Origin: Cladosporium halotolerans
Taxonomy: Eukaryota
NCBI RefSeq assembly: GCF_011745625.1
Contig: NW_027191472.1
Coordinates: 248,001-312,000 of the forward strand
Length of the DNA stretch: 64,000 bases
Direction: 5' to 3'
In this document: one piece after another, positions 46,229-58,093 of the stretch
Numbering within the stretch: position 1 is the stretch's first letter
Layout of the letters: the number at the start of each line of letters is the position of its first letter
Translations under genes and position numbers: made by a program
Notes under the pieces: generated by a model
The model's input: the letters and a program-made list of their open reading frames with translations, nothing else
Told to the model about the DNA's origin: nothing
Database searches by the model: none

Positions 46229-48170
46229 TCACCGACGGACGTCGTTAATGTTGACTCGAATTCTCCTGTTGCTGGTTGTCCAGATATCGCCGATAACGTC
46301 TGGCATGGAATCGAAGTCCAGTACCTTGACCAGAACACCATCCTGCGCGAGTGCGCCTCGGAGTTGCATATGGTCGTCGTCCCGACCTAGACGTGAAGCC
46401 ACCGTAACGGTAATTTGGAAGTCTCTCAACACCTCAAGTAGTGCGACCACACTGCTCATATTCTCAGCTGCGATGGCCAACTGCAGTTCGTCGGCGACCA
46501 GCCTCGTTCCGGTTGGGCTTTCTTGGCCTCTAGTATCGACCAGTAGTCTTGCGAGAGTATGATCATCTGCCTTAATCTGCGCAGACAGGATTCGGCGGCA
46601 CTCCTCTCGCAAAAATGGTCGCAGTGTAGGCCATTCCAGAGCAAGCCGAATGAAGCTGCCATGGGCAGCCTCACATGCGATTTTAAATCCAGCAGCGAAA
46701 GCTCGCTGTTCACGAGGCGACTCCAGTGGTCGGTCTTGCGCCGAAAGCAGCATCCTAAGCACGTTCTCGCTGCCAAATTCGCATGCAGTTCGAACACCTA
46801 GGTAAAAGGGTGTCCACTGCGATAGGAGACTCCCTGCACCTCCGGGTCTTGCCTGTGACCACGTCCCGTACGGTTCTACCCTTGACCACGTTTTTAGGAC
46901 TTCGGTCAAAGCGTGTGTATTGTCAGCTTCACAGGACGCCTCAAAAATGCAACCAAAAACATAGTCTGAGGGCCGCTTCACGACCCATTAGTTGAGCAGC
47001 GTGTCAACGATTTCGCGCTGGTCTTCTTTGAAGATTCTGCCCAGAGCAGCCTGGCTTAAATTTTCCGTTGCGGCTCCAGCTTTCAGAAGTATTTTCACAG
47101 CTTCAAAATTACCCTCTGTGGCCTCAGAATCCAGCAATTGCCCAAGATTTTGTCCGTCAGAACCATGATCGACCAAATTAGTCTCTGATGTCCTGATCGT
47201 GCTCGTCTTGGGCATCAAGGTCCAGCTCCACTTGTTTATCTATGGTAATGTAAGGGTAGTGACGGCTTGAGAAGCAAACATGGAAATCAAGGTTCGCTTC
47301 GGTCGTCTTTTCGCCCAACGCCTCGAAGAACTCGACCATATCCCTGAGTTCGGTTTCATCGCATTCGTCGAGGGCATCAATGTAGCACACGGCTTTTTCT
47401 TCTCCTAGATTGCAGATGAGCTGTAGTATCAGGTTCTTGAACGTTTCTAGTGGCCAATTTTGGGGCTGCAGTCGGGGGACATTCAAGGATGTCAACACGT
47501 CTTGCAAACGCGGAACCTTCTCCAGCAACTGGACGAGCAGAGATCGATACATTCCTGCGCTTGACCTTTCGACAACGTTTCCCCGCGCGTTGAAGAAGAA
47601 GTGAACGATGTGGTGCTCCGGCCATCTCTTTGAAGCATCGTCGACGGCGCATTTCATGAGCGTCGACTTGCCAGAGCCTGGCTTTCCCTTTATCCAGAGA
47701 AACCCACCATTCTGGCTTCGCAAATCCGGGTCCCGCCAGTCGATATACTCTTGCTTGCCAAACAGCCAGCGACATGTTCTTGCATGCGCTGTACGGACAG
47801 TCGCGTATCGTACATCCATCTCCTCAAACTTCAGAGCTTCCAAAACGGCTCCCGAGCTTGAGAGCTCAGCAACCGGACCATTTCTTTCTTGAGCCTGGTT
47901 GAAGGTGACATCGCCGCAAATGTATTGATGGCCGAAATGATTCCTCGAGCTGCCCCCATTGACACTGTGACCGAAGGAATGAGGCTGCTCCGGCGTAACG
48001 CCGCTCGAATCTTCAAGTTCTACTTTGCGACGTTTCGAAGCAGGCTCGCAGTTTCCCAGGGATGAGTGAGTAGAGGTTGCGCAGATACGAGAGTCATGCC
48101 TCGCCAGAGAGGATGTCGGCGGATGCTCGGAGCCATCGGCCGTCCGGTGGGTGGTGCTGGCGTCACCCAT
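46229..48170 (-). pseudogene. Truncated NACHT-ankyrin NLR (fungal NOD-like receptor) pseudogene
   Basis: LKFEEMDVRY..TCRWLF..FLWIKGKPGSGKSTLMK (Walker A), HFFFNARG, CYIDALDEC (Walker B) and CFSSRHYP, then a stop at 47178 just after DQDIRD. Ankyrin-like remnants (EGNFEAVKILLKAGA; ACEFGSENVLRMLL) follow in another frame with an in-frame TAA at 46988. The helical/winged-helix part of the NACHT is missing. Confidence 0.8.
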
Positions 48171-48943
48171 GCCAAAGGGTGATAGTGATCGGAGCTTTTG
48201 CTCGCGCCTGGTCTAAGAGAGTCGAAAGCAGAGCCACGGTCGCAGAACGCGTGTAAGTCTGGCATGTTCTCAAGATGCACCGCTCGGCTGTGGCTTGCAT
48301 ATTCATCAGCTGCTCTTTTATTAGCCGCCCGACCCCCTGCGCAAAGATGCACGGTCGCAGTGCTCAAGAACAAGCGACTCCATATGGCGCACATCTTACA
48401 TGTTGCCATCCGAAACTAACGGATACCTTAGGGATTTTTGACTCCATTCTCATATTGATATATCTCTAGACCGTAAGAAACTCGGCAGGCATTTCTTACT
48501 AGACTCATGTGAGCTGCAAGCGGCGGTACCTTTGTATCCGTAGGGAGAGGGTGGTTCCAGAACGGTCCTGCAGGACCTTTTTTGGGTACATTTGAAGATT
48601 CTTACTGGGTACACGAACTCTATCGTAAGGTAGGTATAATGCGGCACTCCAGCAGCAAGCGAAATCAAGCCGGGTGCCTTACTTTCAATGTTGGATTCGT
48701 TCCTGAAAATCCAGGCACACATCGACCTCACTCATCAAAAGCCGTAGCCTCGGCTCGCAGCAGCTCCAGGTCCGGGGCCCCGCGCTTTCCAGCGGTTCAA
48801 GGCGCATTGAGCCAAACACCGAGACAACCAGACATCGGCTTAAGGACTGGCCAACCTCTGCTTCACATATCGCACCGCGAACAAAACCACCAGACCCCAG
48901 CATGCCACGCCGCCCTCCCTAGACGCTCCTCCACAAACCAACA

Positions 48944-51106
48944 ATGTCCACGCCCTCCAAACTCCGCGCCCTCCGCGGCACAACCGCCGCCCTCCAACCC
49001 AAACGCAACAACACCCCCATCCGCTACACCAGCACCACCACATCCTCCCCCTCCACAACAACCCCCCACCCCACCACCTCCCTCCGCTCAATCCTCATCG
49101 CGAACCGCGGCGAAATCGCCCTCCGCGTCAACCGCACGGCCGCCCAAACCGGCATCCGCACCACAACCCTCTACACGGACCCCGACGCGCGCGCCCAGCA
49201 CGCCCTCTCCTCGCCCTTCGCCATCAACCTCGGCAGCACAGACCAGTACCTCAACGGCGCCCGCATCATCCAGCTGGCGAGAGACCACGGCTGCGAGGCC
49301 ATCCACCCGGGCTACGGCTTCCTGTCGGAGAACGCGGGGTTCGCGCGCGCGTGCGCCGATGCGGGCGTGAAATTTATTGGTCCCCCTTGGAGGGCGATCG
49401 AGGATATGGGCGATAAGAGCAGGAGTAAGGAGATCATGCTCGCGGCGGGCGTGCCGTGCATCCCGGGCTATCATGGGCGGGAGCAGGAGCCGGGGTATTT
49501 GAAGGAGAGGGCGGCGGAGATCGGGTATCCGGTTTTGCTGAAGGCTGTTAAGGGCGGGGGTGGCAAGGGGATGCGGATTGCGATGGAGGAGGGGGAGTTT
49601 GAGCAGCAGCTTGAGAGCGCTAAGAGTGAGGCGCGGAGCTCGTTTGGGGACGATGTCATGTTGGTTGAGAAGTATATTACCACGCCGAGGCATATTGAGG
49701 TGCAGGTTTTTGCGGACGGGCACGGGAGTTGTGTGGCGTTGGGGGAGAGGGATTGTAGTGTGCAGAGGCGGCATCAGAAGATCCTGGAGGAGTCGCCGGC
49801 GCCGAATTTGGAGGAGAGCGTGAGGCAGGATTTGTGGGAGAAGGCGAGGAAGGCGGCGTTGGCGGTGGGGTATGAGGGCGCGGGGACGGTGGAGTTTATT
49901 TTTGACAACGAGACGGGCGAGTTCTTCTTCATGGAGATGAACACGCGGTTACAGGTCGAGCACCCCGTGACGGAGATGGTGACGGGCGAAGATCTGGTTA
50001 GGTGGCAGATCATCGTGGCGGAGGGAGGCAAGCTGCCTCTCACGCAGGAGCAGGTGGAGGAGCGTATCAAGAGCAGAGGGCATGCCATTGAAGCAAGAAT
50101 CTACGCCGAAGACCCAAGCATGAACTTCATGCCCTCGACCGGCAAGCTGCTACACCTGCGCACGCCAGCTCTGACAGAAAACGTGCGCATCGACGCCGGC
50201 TTCGTCGAAGGCGACGAGGTCTCCAGCCACTACGACCCCATGATCGCGAAGCTCATCGTCAGCGGCCCCGACAGAAAAAGCGCTCTGCAAAACCTCGTCG
50301 CCGCTCTCGAATCCTACGAAATCGCCGGCCCGACGACCAACATCGAGTTCCTCAAGCGCTGCTCGCAGAGCCCCGCTTTCGTCGCCGGCGAGGTCGAAAC
50401 AGGCTACATCCAAAAACACCACGACGAGCTCTTCGCCATGCACCCCATCCCGGACGACGTCTGGTCGCAGGCCGCCATAGGCCTGTACGAGGCAGACCTC
50501 GCATCCCGCCCCGAGGCCTCGCCGCACCGCCCCGTGCAGGCCGTCGGCTTCAACACCGCGCCCCAGCCGCGGGCCTTCAACCTCCTCGTCCCCTCCACCG
50601 ACCCCGCCGCGCCAGCCCCGACACCGACCAAAGTCCTCGTGACAAAAACCAGCGCGGACACATTCTCAGTCTCGATCAACGACTCCCCGCCAACGCACAT
50701 CACATCCTCCTACGACCCCGCCAGCCGCGTCCTGACCTCTTTCTACCCGCACACCCGCGCGGCGACGACCCTCGTCCGCGACCCCGCGAGCCAGACGCTC
50801 ACGCTCTTCCAGCGCGGCGCGCAGTACACGCTGGCCCTCGCGCCGCCGGCGTGGCACGCGAAAGCGCTCGGCTCGAAGGACGCGGCGAACTCGGTGCGCG
50901 CGCCGATGCCGTGCAAGGTGCTGCGCGTGGAGGTCGAGGCCGGGCAGGAGGTTGTCAAGAACCAGCCGCTCGTCGTGATTGAGAGCATGAAGATGGAGAC
51001 GGTCATTCGGAGCCCGGCGGACGGGAGGGTGAAGAGGGTTGTGCATGGGGCGGGCGAGATGTGTAAGGCGGGGACAGCGTTGGTGGAGTTTGAGGGGGAG
51101 GAGTGA
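48944..51106 (+). CDS. mccA: 3-methylcrotonyl-CoA carboxylase biotin-containing (alpha) subunit, mitochondrial
   Basis: Basic/Ser-Thr presequence, ILIANRGEIALRV, HPGYGFLSENA, GGGGKGMR, ERDCSVQRRHQK, EMNTRLQVEHPVTE, YDPMIAKL and a C-terminal biotinyl domain IESMKME. Length is 720 aa with no carboxyltransferase domain. Confidence 0.9.
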   Translation: MSTPSKLRALRGTTAALQPKRNNTPIRYTSTTTSSPSTTTPHPTTSLRSILIANRGEIALRVNRTAAQTGIRTTTLYTDPDARAQHALSSPFAINLGSTDQYLNGARIIQLARDHGCEAIHPGYGFLSENAGFARACADAGVKFIGPPWRAIEDMGDKSRSKEIMLAAGVPCIPGYHGREQEPGYLKERAAEIGYPVLLKAVKGGGGKGMRIAMEEGEFEQQLESAKSEARSSFGDDVMLVEKYITTPRHIEVQVFADGHGSCVALGERDCSVQRRHQKILEESPAPNLEESVRQDLWEKARKAALAVGYEGAGTVEFIFDNETGEFFFMEMNTRLQVEHPVTEMVTGEDLVRWQIIVAEGGKLPLTQEQVEERIKSRGHAIEARIYAEDPSMNFMPSTGKLLHLRTPALTENVRIDAGFVEGDEVSSHYDPMIAKLIVSGPDRKSALQNLVAALESYEIAGPTTNIEFLKRCSQSPAFVAGEVETGYIQKHHDELFAMHPIPDDVWSQAAIGLYEADLASRPEASPHRPVQAVGFNTAPQPRAFNLLVPSTDPAAPAPTPTKVLVTKTSADTFSVSINDSPPTHITSSYDPASRVLTSFYPHTRAATTLVRDPASQTLTLFQRGAQYTLALAPPAWHAKALGSKDAANSVRAPMPCKVLRVEVEAGQEVVKNQPLVVIESMKMETVIRSPADGRVKRVVHGAGEMCKAGTALVEFEGEE

Positions 51107-53532
51107 GGGGTTTGACGGTGTTGGAGGGAGGGAGGGGGATGGGTATGTAGAGTGGCACGATTAGATGAATCGACGTTTTTTAGATCACATGGTTGGAGGA
51201 TGAGTCCGCTGGTGCTGTCTGTGTTGGTGACTAACTATGAGTGACACAAATGTCTGCGTAGTACATGAGAGCCACGGCAAACATGTTGGGGTTGTCACTC
51301 TCCGTGTTCAGGGTTCTCAGCAAGAGCAGGCGAAGGCCACGACTCTGCAAGCTTGACGTCGACAAGACGCCAGACAAGACGAGTCACCGGCGCCAATATT
51401 TGATCGTCACCAGGCAACGTAAGCTTGGGGACGGATGCGCTGTCTACATACCAAGAGAACGGTTAGGGAATCCACAGAGCGTCAGGAAGGATACGCGTTC
51501 AGGCCGCATCGCATACTTGCGCTTGCGGCCACTCACCGCCGCGCCGTGACGGACGACGTAGCTGGATTTGCTTTGCTGTCGTGCAAAAGCATGGTAGCAC
51601 ATGAGATAGAGTTGAAGTCGTGAAGCTTGGCACCCCATTGATAGGAGAGACGTTTCAAGCAGCGACACCGGGGGCGTGGGGAAGATGCGACCTGAGAGCT
51701 TTTGTTTTCGCGGCTTGGTGAAACAGGTGATTGTGGAGTTTCGCCAATGCTTGTGTGTTCGGCGATCAGGCGTGATCGTCCGGGCTATCGGTGAGAGGAG
51801 GTGCGTTGGGTCGTGGTCGTGCAGGGGTTGGGAGATGCTGTGGTCATGGTTGCTTGCCGTGTTTTTGCTCGGTTTCCGACTTGCACCGGGGACCGACCGG
51901 GCTGCTGAGGTGTCTGTCTCTCGGACGGCATCATCATCGGAGACCACTCTCCACACGGCTCAGGTCGGCGCAGGCTCTACAGCACACTTCCCCACATGCT
52001 AATCACACCTGGGCTCGTTAGCCCTCTCCTTCCCCAGACTTCCATGCGGCGACGGGTGGAGTGAGAGAGGCAGGCTCTCGTGCCAAGTCCGGCGGCGTGA
52101 GACAGGGCTGGCTGGGCGAACACTGGCCGGAGGAGCGTCGCTGCGCTTGAGGGCGGGTGCAGGAAGTGTTACGAGTGTGGTGAGGCGGTGCCGCGCTCGA
52201 GCAGGGTGTCCGTGGGGCTCGTGGGGAGAGAGCGACTAGCAGGGAGCGAATGGAGTGGTGGTGTTGTTAGTGAGGGCGAGGGCCGACCGGAGGAGGCTGC
52301 GCGCAGGGAAGGGCACGGCGCGCACAGGCTGGCACGCGGCGGGCATTACTCAGCCGGGGAGGTGGTGTACATCGCAATTCGGCCGAGGAGTCGCAGGTCG
52401 CAGGTCGCAGGTCGGATCTCGCGATGATGCAGCGGGCAGCGGGCAGCGGGCGCGCTTGTCGGCGGGTTGGGGCAGGGTGCGAGCGGTGGTGGATTGCGCG
52501 GGCCAGTCGGGCGCTCGCTGTGCCTCGGACTGGCCTGCCGAGAGGCGCGAAGATTCGCACGCCGTCCCACGCGCACGGAAGCTCGTTGCGTGGCCGGCCA
52601 GCCAGTACTGCTAGTCGGCCAGCCAGTCGGCCAGCCAGCGTCGGCCAGCCAGCGTCGGCGACGGCGGCCGTGGGGAGGAGGAGGGCGAGGAGGCCTCGCA
52701 GGACTTGTGCAGGAGTTGCTGGTGGCGGATGGATGATGGAGCGAGGCTCGCACGGCAACTCGGCGCCCGCTCTCTGCCTTGCCCTGCCCTGCCTTGCCTT
52801 GCCTTGCCTTCTTGTCTTGCCCGCCGCCGTCGTCGCCCTCGCCGGCACCGCGCGCATCCTCCTCCATCCTGCCCGGCGCAAGTATTATTTTCCTCCTCTC
52901 TCCTCCTCACCCTCGAGCGCTCCCCGCCACGCCCTCCCCTGTCGCCCCCGCGCACGCAAGCACCGGCCAGTGCAAGGCTCCAAGAGCTTGGCCGAGCGAT
53001 CGCTGGCTGCATCGTTCTATCATACTGCCGCTGCCACACTACTGCTGCCACCACGCCCAGTGCCGCCCTCCACACGCCCGCGCTCGCCCAGGCTCGTGCG
53101 CGCAATCCTGTGCCCATCACCACCACCGAGTCCCCGGCCAGTGACCTGCGCTGCATTTCCTGCTTCTCCGTGTACCTGTCTGCCATCCCTGCGCCTGCGA
53201 TTCCCGACATCCTGTGCGCTGCGACTGGACCGACTTCCTGACAGCACTCTTCTTCCCACCGCACACCTCGACAATTCAAATTACCTCCCCCCGACTCGAC
53301 CCCGCGGCCTATCACGCCACGCGATAACGCAGGCCTCGCCCGCCGCTAATTACCTTAGAGCATACCCAGGCTAATAAGCGCACTCTTCAACTCGCCCTCG
53401 CTCAGCACCTCGAAGCTTGCTCCCAGCAAGCCCAGCCAGCCAGCCAGTCCTCCCGCGGTGGTACCAAGTGACACCGCGCTGCTGTCAAGCCCGCTGCGAT
53501 CGCGCCCCTCGTGCCGCCCACCCGCAGTCGCG

Positions 53533-53592
53533 CTACAGTACCCTACAGTACCCTACAGCACCCTACGGTACCCTACAGCACCCTACGGTACC
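53533..53592. repeat. 10-bp minisatellite (CCCTAC(A/G)G(T/C)A), ~6 units, upstream of the kinase
   Basis: ctacagta ccctacagta ccctacagca ccctacggta ccctacagca ccctacggta cc read directly. Confidence 0.9.
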
Positions 53593-54027
53593 ACCCTCCC
53601 TGTCGACCCCGACCCTGTCTCGCCTGTGTGGTGGCGCCTTCTGGAAGCCTTCTCCGCCCCGTCTGCAGGCCCTGTTAGACCAAGCGAGCGCGGCAAGGAA
53701 GTGCCTGCTGCCCTCCCCGGCTCCCACTGGGCAAATCCAGCCGCAGGTGACGTTGGCGGGCGCGCGCGCCCGTAAACCCGCGACCCGACTCTCTCTTCCC
53801 CATCTCATCTTTGTGCAACGCCCGGCCCCCGTTCGCGGATGCACCTCCTGCCGCTGCTGCTTGCTGCTTGCTGCACGTAATAATTCGCGCAGTCTCAGTG
53901 TCACACTCTGACTACACGCCTTTGCCCAAATCTTTTTTCGCCATAGAGCCATACAAGATACCACCCTTGGTCAGCAGCGCACGAGCGCGACCCGCTTGAG
54001 CGCCGCAATTCGCCTCAACTCCTCAGA

Positions 54028-55872
54028 ATGCCTGGAACTCTTTTGCAGCGCGCTTCTACCGGACTGGGTCACAAAGGTGACACACCGCAGCCCGTGATAG
54101 AAAGGCAGCCCACCATGGAGCGCGAATCCAAGAACCGTCTCAGCTTCCTGAAAAGGCTCACGCCTAATCACCGCAAGGACAAGGAGCGTCACAGCGAAGA
54201 TTCGCAATCCAGTTCCGCGTCCAGTCTCAACACCTCCGCCAACAACGATCCACCTCGGAGCACTCCCACAAAACGGGCCACCATGCCTCCCTCAGTTTCT
54301 GGCGAATCATCCAAGGCGATACAGAGAAAACCTTTGCCAACGCCGCCTCTGGATCTGGACGGCGCAGTCCAAAATTCATCAAACCGGCCACCTTCTCGGC
54401 AACCACCTCCTGCTCCTGCACAAAAGAGCGCAATGCGTCGCAACGAGTCCGGAAGCGACACGCCGCAGGATTCTGGTATGTCGGGGATGTCCAGCCTTGA
54501 GCCAGCCATCACCAATGGCTCTGGAAAAACCGCATTCACTTCCACCTCGCGAGCCGGATCTACAGCACGTATTCGATTTGCCGAAAATCACGAAGCCGAC
54601 GGCGACGGCGAGTATGTGCCCCGCGCGCGGAGGAATAGCTCGACAGGAACTCGCGGTAGACGGAGTAGCATTTACTACCGCGAGACCGAGGGTGGCGACT
54701 ACGCAGAAGGTGTGGATGCCGGTGTTGGTTCCAAGGCGCGTCGACTTTCCGTGCAAATTCCAGATCAGCTGTTCGTGGACGAATGCAGACTGGAAGAGCA
54801 CTTCAATGCTCTTGCGCGACTGAACAAGAAGAAAATTGGCGAGGGTGGCGCTGCCGAGGTCCAGATCATGAAGTCAAAAACCGCTGCTAGTGACAGCAAG
54901 GTCTTCGCGGTCAAGGAGTTCAGACCCTGGGACAGCGAAGAAGAAACGCAACAAGACTACATCCGCAAGATCAAGTCGGAATACGCCATCTCGAAATCCT
55001 GCGACCATGCTAATATCGTCAGCACATTCCACCTATGCAAATCCGGCACGAACTGGTTCCACGTGATGCAGTTCTGCGACCTCGGAGACCTTAACGACCT
55101 GATAACGAAAAGATACATGGGAGACGAAGAAAAGGATTGTATGTTCAAGCAGCTGGTCCGCGGCGTCGACTACCTCCACTCGCGCGGCATCGCCCACCGC
55201 GATCTCAAATCGGAAAACCTCCTCGTCACTCACGAAGGCTGCCTCAAAATCGCCGACTTCGGCACAAGCGAAGTCTTCTGCGGCCTGCACCCCGGCGTCC
55301 GCAGCTGCCGCCGACCCAGCATCATCGACGACGAAGAACCCATCCGCCGCTGCAAACCCGGCATGGTCGGCTCGCGCCCCTACATGGCTCCCGAGATCAT
55401 CCAGCGCGAGCAAGACTACGACCCGCGCTGCGTCGACGTCTGGTCATGCGCCATCGTCTACCTCTCCCTGCACTTCGTCGGCACCCCCTGGGAAGTCGCC
55501 TCCCCCGACTGCAAACCCTACGCCGCCTTCGCCGACTCCTGGGCCGAGTACCTCTCCACGCGCCCGGACTACAAGGGCCGCATCGGCCGCGAGGGCGCTC
55601 TGCCGCGCATCGCGGGCTCGAAGAAGTTCGCCGTCAACGCCATCGGCGCCCGCCACATGGTCTTCGGCATGCTGCACCCGGACCCGGAGCGGCGCTGGAA
55701 GATCGGCGACGCCGTCGAGGTCGTCAGCGACCGCGCCGCCGAGAAGGGCGGGCCCTGGCCCTGCTGCCAGCAGGCGGGCTACAGCGACGACATCCGCACG
55801 CGCGAGAAGAAGGTCCGCCACGACCACGTCCCGCCCGACAAGAAGGACAAGCGCGGCAATTTCAAGGGTTAG
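54028..55872 (+). CDS. Ser/Thr protein kinase, fungal HAL/NPR (Npr1/Hrk1/Sat4/Ptk-like) family
   Basis: Disordered S/P/R-rich N-terminus, IGEGGAAEV, FAVKEFR, YIRKIKSEYAISKSCDH.NIV, HRDLKSENLL, KIADFGTSEVF, GSRPYMAPE and YDPR.VDVWSCAIV. Intronless. Confidence 0.9.
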   Translation: MPGTLLQRASTGLGHKGDTPQPVIERQPTMERESKNRLSFLKRLTPNHRKDKERHSEDSQSSSASSLNTSANNDPPRSTPTKRATMPPSVSGESSKAIQRKPLPTPPLDLDGAVQNSSNRPPSRQPPPAPAQKSAMRRNESGSDTPQDSGMSGMSSLEPAITNGSGKTAFTSTSRAGSTARIRFAENHEADGDGEYVPRARRNSSTGTRGRRSSIYYRETEGGDYAEGVDAGVGSKARRLSVQIPDQLFVDECRLEEHFNALARLNKKKIGEGGAAEVQIMKSKTAASDSKVFAVKEFRPWDSEEETQQDYIRKIKSEYAISKSCDHANIVSTFHLCKSGTNWFHVMQFCDLGDLNDLITKRYMGDEEKDCMFKQLVRGVDYLHSRGIAHRDLKSENLLVTHEGCLKIADFGTSEVFCGLHPGVRSCRRPSIIDDEEPIRRCKPGMVGSRPYMAPEIIQREQDYDPRCVDVWSCAIVYLSLHFVGTPWEVASPDCKPYAAFADSWAEYLSTRPDYKGRIGREGALPRIAGSKKFAVNAIGARHMVFGMLHPDPERRWKIGDAVEVVSDRAAEKGGPWPCCQQAGYSDDIRTREKKVRHDHVPPDKKDKRGNFKG

Positions 55873-56096
55873 CACCCGTCTGTGCGCGTCGTCGTGCGAT
55901 ACTTTTGGATCGCTGTCGATAGAGCTTCGCGCGGCTTGTCTTCTGTTTGATTTTGGGGCTTTATTTCTGGCGTCGGCGTTTGATGGATGAAAGGCAGAGA
56001 GACGAAGGCGACTTGCCACGTCTCGCCTCGCTTCTGCTTTGGCTGCGATCCCACGCGCTTTTACATATTTCCCATCCATCTCCGCCGCTGCTTATT

Positions 56097-56126
56097 CTAC
56101 CTCTACCTCTATCTCTACCTCTATTT
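56097..56126. repeat. (CTCTA(C/T))n hexamer repeat in the kinase 3' region
   Basis: ctacctctacctctatctctacctctattt read directly. Confidence 0.7.
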
Positions 56127-58093
56127 CTCTCCCTCTTCTTCTTCTTTCCCTCCTTTTGTCTCCAATAGAGCGAAGAGGTCGACCGCGAGGTTCCCTCGCA
56201 ATCACGCGGTCTTTTTTATCTCTATCTTTCTTTCTTGATTCACGATGACGTTTCTCAACTGACTTTGACTTTGACATTTAGCGCCGCTGCATTGGGTCGG
56301 GCTTTTTCTTGCTTTTCCTTCCTTCCTTTTTTTTTCTTTTTTCCGCCGCTTGTGGGAGGGAAGGACGGGTGGGTGGATGGAGGGTTGGAGAGAAGATGGA
56401 AGAAACAAGGGACGGGATAAAAAGTCGTTGCTGGGTTTTTGTTTTTGTCTTTGATTGGTTTTGGTTTGGATGGGGTGGTGGGCACGGTTGAGCCGCGGTG
56501 CATTTTTTGGGGATTGGGGAGGGTTGAAGGGTTGGATTTTTGTAATCCTTTTGGCGGGGTGGCTTTTATTGTTGTGCAGTGCACATGAGAGGGAGGAAGG
56601 GTGAGAAGGGTGAGGTGATGGTGAGGGGATGTGAGGGGGTGTGGAGGTATTCATAGGCAAAGGCTAAGGCAATGAATGAATGGTGCGGTTTCACTTCATC
56701 CCTTCTCCGGGCTTGTAGGTCTCTTTGTCGTTTGTGAGTCCTGGACAGGCTTGGGGCCCGGTACGGCTCTGAGACGTCGCTACGGGCATGAAGATATCAC
56801 TTGGAGGAACTCTACGGATTCTCGAACAGCCTTTCCCGATGAAACTGGGTCTCCTTCTCCGTATTCGGGTAACGAACCCGAACACATCACTCGAAGACCC
56901 TGAGCATCAGGCTGAAACCGCAGCGATCTCCTTCAGCCGATTCTACGAATTCGTCGTGGACCGTCCGCATGTTCTCTTCCGTCGTAACCAAGATCAATCC
57001 TAGGAAGCAATCGCAGGAGCTTTCTTGCAAGAAGAGAGCTTCCTAGACTCTTCCACCGCGAATACGGAAGTCATTTGCCGTGCTGGATTGTCGGATTACT
57101 CCGCCATATGAGAGGGTGGCACGGTAGGCGCTTGGAACTCCGATGACTATTTTCCTGGGAGGTGCAGTGGCAGGCGGCGATTACGGACGTGGACCCCCCA
57201 CGGATGCCTTCCCCTCCACCATGCCCGCCACAAGAAGTTAGATGGACCAGCAACATTGCTTGAGCTACACCACTCCTCCTACACGTCACGCACCACAGGC
57301 CAACCTCCTTCACGATGGCTCGATTCTCCGAAGACCAGCGCCGCCGGTCAGCGCTCTCCGCATCGCCGTAGACTGGCATCCTCTGAATCTGCACCCTCGT
57401 TTTGGCGCCCGTTTTCTTCTGTGCGGGTGTGGGTGCGGAGTGTGGGCGTTAAGAGGGGATTTGCTGCTTGTTCAGAGTATTGGCGGGTTAGATGCGTTAG
57501 CTTTGAGCTTCGAGACAAGGAACATGGTTACTCTCGTTCATTTATTGGAGGTATGGTGTCTCGTGATGCCGACACAGAGGATGCTTGGGCTAATACGGAG
57601 CTGCATTACAAGAAAATCTCGATCGGATATAGTTGAGATCATCGCTGACTTTATCATCTCGTCGGCCAGGATATCTGGTTGACTGGTTCAAGACAATATT
57701 ACGACGGGCGCAGAGGCTGCACATGCAGACCGCGGCGTCGCAGGATGTCTGCCTTGCCACTTGATGACCAGACTTCAGATGTTGTGTCACCGTAAGATAC
57801 GGGGTCACCATAAGCTGTAGGCTGCCAGCACGGAGGCGTGGCTTAGGTCCAAGCCTCTTACTCAACCTGAGTACTCAAGGCCCATGCAAGACTTGATCAT
57901 AACCAAGACAGTTTCATTGGCTGTGGCGCTCGCATGCAGCAAAAGGCAAGGCTGAGCCGCTTACAAGGCGGCTGCGCCTGGACACCTGCGCCTTGACACT
58001 GCCCCAGCGACCTTATCCTCACTGTCAAGCAATCGCAGTCGTTCAAAATTCAAGACACCCGACCGCTCTACCGAGTCCGTTAGCCACCTTATC

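Noticed and set aside
36000..48500. Starship giant transposon
   Set aside because: No tyrosine-recombinase captain gene or recognisable boundary repeats. It is kept only as an accessory island.
48944..51106. Leucine-catabolism cluster (mccA-mccB-ivdA as in Aspergillus)
   Set aside because: No carboxyltransferase-subunit or acyl-CoA dehydrogenase motifs in the flanking DNA.
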